Below are positions 30,507 through 38,325 of a stretch of 64,000 bases of DNA, one piece after another. Both the position numbers and the translations under genes were made by a program. Within the stretch, counting starts at the first letter, position 1, and each line of letters starts with the position of its first letter. The notes below the pieces were generated by a model. That model worked only from the letters and a program-made list of their open reading frames with translations. It did not search any database and was not told where the DNA came from. This DNA comes from Bacteroidota bacterium (lineage in GTDB: Bacteria > Bacteroidota > Ignavibacteria > 0-14-0-80-59-12): NCBI GenBank assembly GCA_049973045.1, contig JBMFJZ010000003.1:142319-206318 (forward strand), given 5' to 3'.

Positions 30507-30784
30507 TGAGCAGTTTCTTCACAACATGCCAGACAATCTCGTAATCAACTCCAAAGTAAAAATCGATAACTTTATGTGTCATTCTTGCTATATCAGTTTC
30601 TTGCCATATCAGTCCAAGGTATGTCTTCATACCTTTTTCTGATAGCTTTGGGTACATTCTTTGTTGCTTCTCCGATTACTTCAATTTCTCCTACCACAGC
30701 ACTTTCATTCGTCTTTCATAAATTCTGAATCTTGTTTATCGAGATCAAAATATCTTCTATAAAAAGTTTGTAATCTCGTTTCAT
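30418..30784 (-). pseudogene. Decayed HepT (DUF86-type HEPN) toxin gene split into three frames
   Basis: Minus-strand fragments MKRDYKLFIEDILISINKIQNL*, ...VIGEATKNVPKAIRKRYEDIPWTDMARN* and ...IARMTHKVIDFYFGVDYEIVWHVVKKLL; together collinear with HepT proteins. Confidence 0.6.
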
Positions 30785-30851
30785 ATCTCCACAGCCTCTC
30801 TCAAGATTCTATCTCGTAGTTCTTCACGCAAAACAGGCTTCCTAACCAAAT

Positions 30852-31010
30852 TTAGTTAACTCCCAACAATTCTTCTAAATGCCTTCCAATTTCAATAAAC
30901 TCTAAAAAGTCTGGGACATCATAAAAATCGACAAGTATATCTACGTCACTTGTCTTTTTCTGTTGGTTTCTCACATAAGAGCAGCAGAAATATCCCAAAG
31001 GTCATCAGCA
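30852..31010 (-). pseudogene. Decayed MntA-like nucleotidyltransferase fragment upstream of the HepT pseudogene
   Basis: Minus-strand frame ...SYVRNQQKKTSDVDILVDFYDVPDFLEFIEIGRHLEELLGVN*, preceded by an in-frame stop replacing the GS-motif region. Confidence 0.5.
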
Positions 31011-31176
31011 AATATTACTCTGTAGTCACTATATTCATCTTTTGATTGTTTCGGCCCTTTGAAGCCAGGCTTAAGTTCCGGTCCATATATTTCTTTGTAA
31101 TATTCTTTTACCTCATAGCCTTTATTCGTTGACGTATTCATCGCCTTTTTACCGAGATGTCTCCAGGTAATCTAAG

Positions 31177-33018
31177 TCACGTGCGTCCAAAAAATTTATC
31201 AAATTCTTCCAGAGAAAGCTTCACAATAACAGGGCGACCATGTGGACACGAGTAAGGTATGGAAGTGGCAAACAATTGATCGATTAGCGATCGCATCTCT
31301 TCCAGGGATAATGGATCTCCAGCTTTGATTGCAGCTCTGCATGCAAATGACTTGGCAAGCCGATCCCGTATCGAAAGAGAAACCTCCCCTCGATCATCTC
31401 TGTATTCGTCAAGAATATCCTGCAAGATTCTTGCCTCATAGCCAATCCTCACATCAGCTGGAATTCCACTGACAAGGATAGTGTTCTTCCCGAAAATCTG
31501 GAGATCGAAACCAAGCCGCTGAAGTTCGCTCATGAGCTCAGTTACAAGTGCGAAATCTGCCGGTGGAAGCTCAACAGTCTGCGGAAAAAGAAGCTGCTGC
31601 GAGAGCGGAGCATTGCTTTCCAGCATTTCAACCGCTCGTTCATACAGGATACGCTCATGTGCAGCGTGCTGATCGATGATCACCAAACCAGATTTCACTT
31701 GCGACAGGATGTACTTATTATGCAGCTGCCATATTCTTGGCTCTTCCTGATCAACAACTCCGGCACCAGAACGCGTCGACACTGGAATTTCATGCGGAAG
31801 TGGGATAATGGAAAGCTTAGCTTCTCTACGGAATGACGAAGGAAACACTGAAGCCTTTTCTGATTGGAGCTCCTTCCGCATGAATGCTAAATGCATCTCA
31901 GTCCGGCTTCCCATTTGATCCCCTGTTCCTTGTTCGACGGCATCGGAAGAGCTGAATCGTTTATCACCAGCTAATTCAAGGGGAGGTGCAAGATCATGAG
32001 AACTGAGAGCCCCCCGAACTGTATGGAGAACCTGGCGGTAGACGCCCGACTCATCATCGAACTTCACCTCGAGTTTCGAAGGATGAACATTGACATCAAC
32101 TCGGCTTGGATCGATCTCGAGAAAAAGAACAAAGAAGGGGAAACTCCCTTTCTCGACCAGATGTTCATACGCACTGTAGACAGCGTGGCTGAGGACCCTG
32201 CTTGTAATAAATCTCCGATTTAAGAAGAAAATCTGTTCAGTACGCGTTTTTCGTGCAAATTGAGGTTTGGAGACAAAACCATGGATACGGAGAGAACCCG
32301 ACCCTTCGTTCACAGGAATAAGAGACCCAAAGAATTCTTCGCCAAGAAGATCTCGTATCCTCTGCTCGTATGTAGGAGTCGACTGAACATCCAGAATGAT
32401 TTCATCATCATTGACGAAGGTAAACGCAACTTCGTGCCACGCCATTGCGGTTCGTTGCACGGTTTCAAATATATGTTTGAACTCCGTGGCATCGCTTTTC
32501 AAAAATTTTCGCCGGGCAGGGGTATTGTAGAAAAGATTGCGAACGGTCACACTTGTCCCAGCCTCCATTGCAACAGGCTCAACAAGCTCACGCACGCCTC
32601 CAGCGATACGAATACGCGTTCCAAGAGCGTCCCCCCGCACATCTCCACCTGTGGCGGACATAGCTAAGCGGGTCTTCAACTCAACCTGAGCTACTGCAGC
32701 TATTGACGCTAAGGCTTCTCCCCGAAAGCCGAGCGTCTCGATATGTCCCAGATCTTCATCGCTGGCAATCTTGCTCGTCGCATGACGCTCAAACGCTGTC
32801 AAAGCATCTTCTGCAGACATCCCGATCCCGTCATCACTGACCTGAATGAAACTTTTCCCAGCCTTGCGAATAACAACGGTCACAGAGCGAGCCTGCGCAT
32901 CAATGGCGTTTTCAATGAGTTCTTTGACTACAGATTCAGGACGCTGAACTACTTCACCAGCAGCGATCTTTCTCGCAAGATGTTCAGGCAAGATATTGAT
33001 TGTACGTGCCACAGTCAA
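31177..33018 (-). CDS. mutL: DNA mismatch repair protein MutL
   Basis: GHKL ATPase N-terminus INILPEHLARKIAAGEVVQRPESVVKELIENAIDA; C-terminal dimerisation domain. Confidence 0.9.
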   Translation of the reverse strand: MTVARTINILPEHLARKIAAGEVVQRPESVVKELIENAIDAQARSVTVVIRKAGKSFIQVSDDGIGMSAEDALTAFERHATSKIASDEDLGHIETLGFRGEALASIAAVAQVELKTRLAMSATGGDVRGDALGTRIRIAGGVRELVEPVAMEAGTSVTVRNLFYNTPARRKFLKSDATEFKHIFETVQRTAMAWHEVAFTFVNDDEIILDVQSTPTYEQRIRDLLGEEFFGSLIPVNEGSGSLRIHGFVSKPQFARKTRTEQIFFLNRRFITSRVLSHAVYSAYEHLVEKGSFPFFVLFLEIDPSRVDVNVHPSKLEVKFDDESGVYRQVLHTVRGALSSHDLAPPLELAGDKRFSSSDAVEQGTGDQMGSRTEMHLAFMRKELQSEKASVFPSSFRREAKLSIIPLPHEIPVSTRSGAGVVDQEEPRIWQLHNKYILSQVKSGLVIIDQHAAHERILYERAVEMLESNAPLSQQLLFPQTVELPPADFALVTELMSELQRLGFDLQIFGKNTILVSGIPADVRIGYEARILQDILDEYRDDRGEVSLSIRDRLAKSFACRAAIKAGDPLSLEEMRSLIDQLFATSIPYSCPHGRPVIVKLSLEEFDKFFGRT

Positions 33019-34169
33019 CCTTCACGCGCCGCAATGCCAAGCCCAGGCAGATCGCCCAAGATAAGCTTCCCGTCTTTTACTGTAACACCTCGATAGGGAT
33101 CATTTATGATGAGCAGATTCCCGTCAAGGTCAGCATAGTCCACCAGCGGAGAAAGGTGCGCTGCAGCGGTGATGGCGACGGAACTCTCCACCATACATCC
33201 GAGCATGATTTTCATGTTGAAAGCCCGCGCCGTATGTATCATCCTCATAGCCTCCCGCAAGCCAGCGCTTTTCATGAGCTTGATGTTAATGCCATCAAAA
33301 GCCTCGGCAATTTTCGGGATATCGTGTAACCCTAGTACACTCTCATCAGCAATGATTGGAATTTCAACGCGCTCGCGCAACCAAGCAATGTCGGAAAGTC
33401 GATCTGCAGGCATTGGCTGTTCGACAAACTCCACTCCATTATCCTGAAGCCACTTGATTCGCTCCAGAGCCACCTCTTTCGATTTCCACCCTTCATTCGC
33501 ATCAACACGAAGAACTTTCTTTGTAACAGCACGAACCGCCTTCATGATTTCTTCGTCGTTGTCAAGACCAACTTTTATTTTCAGAATCGGATATTCTTCC
33601 GCTTCACGGATCTTCTGCTGCATCACCTGTGGTGTGTCAATACCAATGGTAAATGAGGTTACAGGGGTCTTCTCCTTGTTAAGCCCCCACAATTTATAAA
33701 GTGGAACTCCAAGTTTCTTTCCCACCCAGTCATGAAGGGCAATATCGATGGCGGCTTTCGCGGAGGTATTCTCTGGCGCAACAGAGTAAACATAGTCGAG
33801 GATATCCTCAAGAAGAAATGGAGTCTCAAATCCCGATATACCGGGATCAATGCGATCGAGGAACATGGAGACGGTGTTGATATCCTCATGGTAGCGAGCG
33901 TTTGGTGACGACTCACCAATGCCGGTGACGCCATCTGCAGAGACCTCTGCAAACATAACTGGAACGACATCCCTGGAGCCACGGGCAATCGTGAAGGTGT
34001 GGCGCAATTTCAAATCATAACGCCAATACTTGAGACTGATGCCAGACACAGTTTTCTCCTTTTTGTCAAAATGTGAAGGGGCAAATAGATACGGCATTTT
34101 ACTGCTCAGGAGAGCAGAAACTCCGCCAGCGAATGCCGTTGAAAGAAATCTTCTCCGAGAAACGTTCAC
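33015..34169 (-). CDS. Enolase-superfamily dipeptide epimerase-like protein (MR/MLE family) with a twin-arginine signal
   Basis: N-terminus MNVSRRRFLSTAFAGG (Tat motif); KxK and metal-ligand region KIKVGLDNDEEIMKAVRAVTKKVLRVDANEGW. Confidence 0.7.
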   Translation of the reverse strand: MNVSRRRFLSTAFAGGVSALLSSKMPYLFAPSHFDKKEKTVSGISLKYWRYDLKLRHTFTIARGSRDVVPVMFAEVSADGVTGIGESSPNARYHEDINTVSMFLDRIDPGISGFETPFLLEDILDYVYSVAPENTSAKAAIDIALHDWVGKKLGVPLYKLWGLNKEKTPVTSFTIGIDTPQVMQQKIREAEEYPILKIKVGLDNDEEIMKAVRAVTKKVLRVDANEGWKSKEVALERIKWLQDNGVEFVEQPMPADRLSDIAWLRERVEIPIIADESVLGLHDIPKIAEAFDGINIKLMKSAGLREAMRMIHTARAFNMKIMLGCMVESSVAITAAAHLSPLVDYADLDGNLLIINDPYRGVTVKDGKLILGDLPGLGIAAREG

Positions 34170-35131
34170 GTTACTGCGCTCCTTTCGCTGTTATTTGTGA
34201 TAAACAATGCCTCGACAAAAGCATAGGGATCAAATGGCTGCAAATCGCCGATATCCTCCCCAACCCCGATGTAGCGGACAGGGATAGAGAGTGTTTGCGC
34301 AATTCCAATCACGACGCCACCCTTTGCTGTACCATCAAGCTTTGTAAGCGCGATGCCGGTTACACCAACTGCATCGGTAAATTGCCGTGCCTGCTGTATT
34401 GCATTTTGCCCTGTCGTTGCATCGAGAACAAGCAACACCTCGTGAGGAGCGGATGACATGGCTTTCTGTATAACTCGATGAACTTTTCGGAGCTCCTCCA
34501 TGAGATTAACTTTCGTGTGAAGTCGCCCTGCAGTGTCAACAATGACGATATCGTGCCGCTTTGCCTGTGCATGTCGAATTGCATCGAAGGCGACTGCCGC
34601 TGGGTCAGCCCCGCGAACTTGCTGAAGTATCTCAGCTCCTGCTCTCTCCGTCCAGATTTCAATCTGCTCGTTCGCAGCAGCACGAAATGTATCCGCCGCT
34701 GCAATGAGAACCAATTTCCCTGCTTTCCGATACCGGTACGCTAACTTTCCTATTGTAGTTGTTTTCCCAACTCCGTTTACCCCAACCACCATGATAACAT
34801 GAGGGATCTCGGAAAACTCCTCACGAAATGGATCGTCACTCGGTGGAACAGGAAAAAGCTTTGCCACCTCTTCCTTCACAAGCGATACCACCATCTGTGG
34901 ATTCAGAATCCCTTCTTTCTTCACCCGCGCACGGACCTGATTAACGATATAGGTCGAAGTTGCAACTCCAACATCGCCTCCGATCAAAGTCTCCTCAATT
35001 TCTTCAAACAACGCATCGTCAATTGTACTGTGAAGATGAGTTATCTTCCCGAGCGCATCAAAGACCACCTCGCGCGTCTTCGACAGCCCGTCCTTCAAAC
35101 GATTAAACCCAAGTGCATCTAAGAAGCCCAT
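34166..35131 (-). CDS. ftsY: Signal recognition particle receptor FtsY (start moved to MGFLDALGFN)
   Basis: NG domain GVNGVGKTTTIGKLA...DTAGR. The ORF-track 99-aa Cys-rich extension overlaps the upstream gene and is not FtsY-like. Confidence 0.85.
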   Translation of the reverse strand: MGFLDALGFNRLKDGLSKTREVVFDALGKITHLHSTIDDALFEEIEETLIGGDVGVATSTYIVNQVRARVKKEGILNPQMVVSLVKEEVAKLFPVPPSDDPFREEFSEIPHVIMVVGVNGVGKTTTIGKLAYRYRKAGKLVLIAAADTFRAAANEQIEIWTERAGAEILQQVRGADPAAVAFDAIRHAQAKRHDIVIVDTAGRLHTKVNLMEELRKVHRVIQKAMSSAPHEVLLVLDATTGQNAIQQARQFTDAVGVTGIALTKLDGTAKGGVVIGIAQTLSIPVRYIGVGEDIGDLQPFDPYAFVEALFITNNSERSAVT

Positions 35132-35139
35132 CTTGACCG

Positions 35140-35754
35140 TCAACGTATCTCTGATTGAGTAATGACTATATCGTAGAAACGCCTTGCGTAAACAACAAGA
35201 CTGAGAAATAGAAGCAAGATACTTGCCCACAATAAAATTGTGAAAGTGAAGTGGAGCGTTTCTCCGCCTGAGGCGGGCACTGCAGCAAGGAAAATTGTCA
35301 ATGCAATCGCTGTGACTGCAATTTTTCCGGGAAGATTCGATGGGGGCACCGCTCCCCTCTTTGACTGAATGATAAGTCCTGCAATGATAATTAGTGCATC
35401 TCGACCCACAATAAGAGCAACGTACCATAATGGCAATTCGCCAAGGAGAAAAAGGGTGATGCCGACTGAACCAATAGCAACCTTGTCAGCAAATGGATCA
35501 AGTATTTTCCCAAGCTCCGTGACCTGATTCAATGTCCGCGCAAAAAGTCCATCGAGAGAGTCTGTGAGACCGGCGATAACCATCAACAGGAGCGCAACAA
35601 TCCGACGCTCCGGGTTTGTGCTAAAAAGAAGAAGAACAATCGGCAAGACTAACAGCAACCTCAACAGGCTAAGCAAGTTTGACACTGTCCACGACTCACG
35701 CTGTACAATTAAACGCCAGATAGAAGCAATAGCACCTTTTGACTCAGATATCAT
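35140..35754 (-). CDS. CDP-alcohol phosphatidyltransferase-family protein
   Basis: Motif DSLDGLFARTLNQVTELGKILDPFADK. Confidence 0.8.
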   Translation of the reverse strand: MISESKGAIASIWRLIVQRESWTVSNLLSLLRLLLVLPIVLLLFSTNPERRIVALLLMVIAGLTDSLDGLFARTLNQVTELGKILDPFADKVAIGSVGITLFLLGELPLWYVALIVGRDALIIIAGLIIQSKRGAVPPSNLPGKIAVTAIALTIFLAAVPASGGETLHFTFTILLWASILLLFLSLVVYARRFYDIVITQSEIR

Positions 35755-37234
35755 TGTCGTCCTTCTTCAATTCTTCGTCAACAGGAACTGGATACTCACC
35801 ACTGAAACAGGCTGTGCAATATCCCTCTCCATTTCCATGCGGGACAACCTCGAGGAGCTTCTCCAATGAAAGGTATTTCAATGAATCAGCACCCAACTCC
35901 TGACGAATTGCCTCGACATCTCCATTCTTCCGAACAGCAATAAGTTCTTCTCGACTTGGGAAATCCATGCCGTAATGACAGGGAAATCGTATAGGCGGTG
36001 AGGAAATCCGAAAATGTATTTCAGACGGTTCGGCTTTGCGAAGCAGCTTCACAAGCAATTTTGACGTGGTCCCTCGAACAATGGAATCATCCACGACAAC
36101 AACTCGCCTACCTTTCAGCACTCCTTTGACTGTGTTAAACTTCGTCTTCACTTGGGTTTCGCGGATATCCTGGTCCGGCTGAATAAATGTGCGCCCCACG
36201 TAGTGGCTGCGGATCAAACCAATCTCAAACCGTGCGTTAATCCCCTGATCCACGCTTCGCGTCACATATCCGAGCGTTGCTGTATTGCTCGAATCGGGAA
36301 CGCTCATCACGATAAGGTGCTTCTCATCGGGAGCTTTCTCAACGGGGTGCTCCTCAGCAAGAGCCTTGCCAATCCGCCTGCGAATTTTATCAACGTTCTC
36401 ACCAAAAATCTTGCTGTCTGGACGTGAGAAATAGATATACTCGAAAATGCAGTAACGTGGGGATGGAACCTTTTCCGCCAACTGAAATGTCTTCAGCTTC
36501 CGGGTTCGAAGTGCCTCCTCATCAATAACGAGGACCTCTCCAGGATTAACATCGCGAATGTAAGTTGCCCCAATTATATCGAATGCGCACGTCTCGGACG
36601 CAACAACATAGGCACCATCTTTTTCTCCCAATGCCAAGGGACGAAAACCATAAGGATCACGTGCGGCAATGAGCTTGTCATCAGTTAGTAGAATAAGCGA
36701 AAATGCTCCACGTACGGTGTTTAATGCATCGAGAATCTGTCGGATCTGGTCTTGTTCCCGGCTGCGGGCAATTAAGTGGAGAATGATCTCGCTATCAGAA
36801 GTAGTTTGAAAAATCGTTCCCTCCTCTTTGAGCTGGTCCCGTAAAGCACGAAAATTTGTAAGATTGCCATTGTGAGCGATTGCTAAATTTCCGCCGCGGT
36901 AATTCACAACAAACGGCTGAACATTGAGAGGATTGTTTGACGCTCCTGCAGTTGAGTAACGATTATGTCCGATAGCTGCATTGCCTTTGAGATGTTCAGT
37001 AAGAATCGCTTCATCGCGAAACACGTCAGCAATAAGCCCGAGTCCACGGTGGACGTTGAAATGGCTCCGTCTCTTTGCCGAATCATATTCCAATGAGACA
37101 ATGCCCGCCCCCTCCTGCCCACGGTGTTGCAAAGCATGAAGCCCGTAGTACGTTAGAGTGGAAGCAAAGGGAGAGCCAAAGACACCAAATACACCGCAGT
37201 TCGGCTTGGGTTTATCAGTAAACGGTAATTCCAT
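35744..37234 (-). CDS. purF: Amidophosphoribosyltransferase
   Basis: N-terminal Cys nucleophile MCGVFGVFG, PRTase motif VVVVDDSIVRGTT, C-terminal Fe-S cysteines. Confidence 0.9.
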   Translation of the reverse strand: MELPFTDKPKPNCGVFGVFGSPFASTLTYYGLHALQHRGQEGAGIVSLEYDSAKRRSHFNVHRGLGLIADVFRDEAILTEHLKGNAAIGHNRYSTAGASNNPLNVQPFVVNYRGGNLAIAHNGNLTNFRALRDQLKEEGTIFQTTSDSEIILHLIARSREQDQIRQILDALNTVRGAFSLILLTDDKLIAARDPYGFRPLALGEKDGAYVVASETCAFDIIGATYIRDVNPGEVLVIDEEALRTRKLKTFQLAEKVPSPRYCIFEYIYFSRPDSKIFGENVDKIRRRIGKALAEEHPVEKAPDEKHLIVMSVPDSSNTATLGYVTRSVDQGINARFEIGLIRSHYVGRTFIQPDQDIRETQVKTKFNTVKGVLKGRRVVVVDDSIVRGTTSKLLVKLLRKAEPSEIHFRISSPPIRFPCHYGMDFPSREELIAVRKNGDVEAIRQELGADSLKYLSLEKLLEVVPHGNGEGYCTACFSGEYPVPVDEELKKDDNDI

Positions 37235-37349
37235 TTTCCTCGTTCCTATTTCAGTTAAATTTTACAAAATTGAACGGTGCGAAACAAACATCGTTTTTCA
37301 CGCAACTGCATTTGAAAATTGAATTTGTTCCAGTAAATTTCTAATCGCC

Positions 37350-38324
37350 ATGTGTTTACGGTTGCTCCAAGGGTTAGTCCTTTTATCCTGTTTTTTGCTT
37401 TCACCGAAAGCACAAGCCCACGATTCTATTCCTTCCGACAACAGCCGTAATTCTACACCTTCTCATGTCAGAGTCGTGCTTTTCCCTTCGTCCTTAACAT
37501 TTGCGCCTCCAGTAGCAAGTCCATTTGAACCTCGATTCGGAATAACGAAAAATTTCTCAAACGGCAGTCTGCTGGCTGAGATTGGCAACACAATTGAGAT
37601 ACTGCAAATTGCTCCACTCCGCCAAAGGCAGGCTAATCCGCCAAAGGCGGATACAATCGGCATTGCCGCTGAGTTTTTCGCGCGAACGTATGTCACTGGA
37701 TGGGAGGGACTTCATCTTCAAGTTGATGCAGCCGACGGTTTCTTCGGTGGTAACATTGCCTGGAGTAGATCGATCCGGCAAGGAACAATAGCTGCACGGC
37801 TTCGCTTCATACATCACAGCGCACACCTCCTCGACGGACACTGGGATGCAGCTACAGGTAAATGGAAAGATGGGCGAGCTCCAACCGCCTGGACGAAGGA
37901 CCAATTCGAGCTTCTTGGCTCTTTTCAACATGGCGTCTGGCGTGCTTATATTGGGATCAGCTATGCGACAAAGGTTCGCCCCGCATCGCTGAATCCCTTG
38001 TCAGGCTCAATCGGATTTGAGATATTCCCTATTACAAATCCCTCGCACCCAATTCGCCCTTTCCTCGCCTTCGACCTTCGAATCGATGGAGGAGCCTTTC
38101 TCGACCAAAATACACACAAAATTCAAGGAACAGAATCATGGGTCGGTGCAAGCTCGCTACTCCTTGGCGCTTCAGTTGGACCCGAAGGAAAACAATCAAT
38201 CAGACTTTTCTTGCTTCTTCACACAGGGCAATATCCATTGAGCGAGTATTCAGATCTCCGGACACCGTACATCGGTGCAGGATTCGATTTTCAATATTAC
38301 TCACTTTTTCAAGCAGAGGATTAA
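37350..38324 (+). CDS. Secreted hypothetical protein, possibly outer membrane; cotranscribed with the downstream YncE/phosphoesterase gene
   Basis: Signal peptide LVLLSCFLLSPKAQA; stop 38324 lies 2 nt before the next start; C-terminal aromatic-rich GAGFDFQYY. Confidence 0.5.
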   Translation: MCLRLLQGLVLLSCFLLSPKAQAHDSIPSDNSRNSTPSHVRVVLFPSSLTFAPPVASPFEPRFGITKNFSNGSLLAEIGNTIEILQIAPLRQRQANPPKADTIGIAAEFFARTYVTGWEGLHLQVDAADGFFGGNIAWSRSIRQGTIAARLRFIHHSAHLLDGHWDAATGKWKDGRAPTAWTKDQFELLGSFQHGVWRAYIGISYATKVRPASLNPLSGSIGFEIFPITNPSHPIRPFLAFDLRIDGGAFLDQNTHKIQGTESWVGASSLLLGASVGPEGKQSIRLFLLLHTGQYPLSEYSDLRTPYIGAGFDFQYYSLFQAED

Positions 38325-38325
38325 T

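Noticed and set aside
30486-30511. The imperfect 13-bp repeat CATCTCGTTGAGA/CATTTCATTGAGC might be a second frameshifting duplication, fusing HepT to the downstream MNT
   Set aside because: Only 10 of 12 positions match, and removing a copy would create an unnatural HepT-MNT fusion. More likely it is the normal compact junction where the HepT 3' end overlaps the MNT start.
34166-35428. 99-aa Cys-rich N-terminal extension of the ftsY ORF (MVRCSYCGSRCTNYHC...)
   Set aside because: It overlaps the C-terminus of the upstream phosphatidyltransferase gene and is not part of FtsY homologues. The true start is MGFLDAL at 35131.
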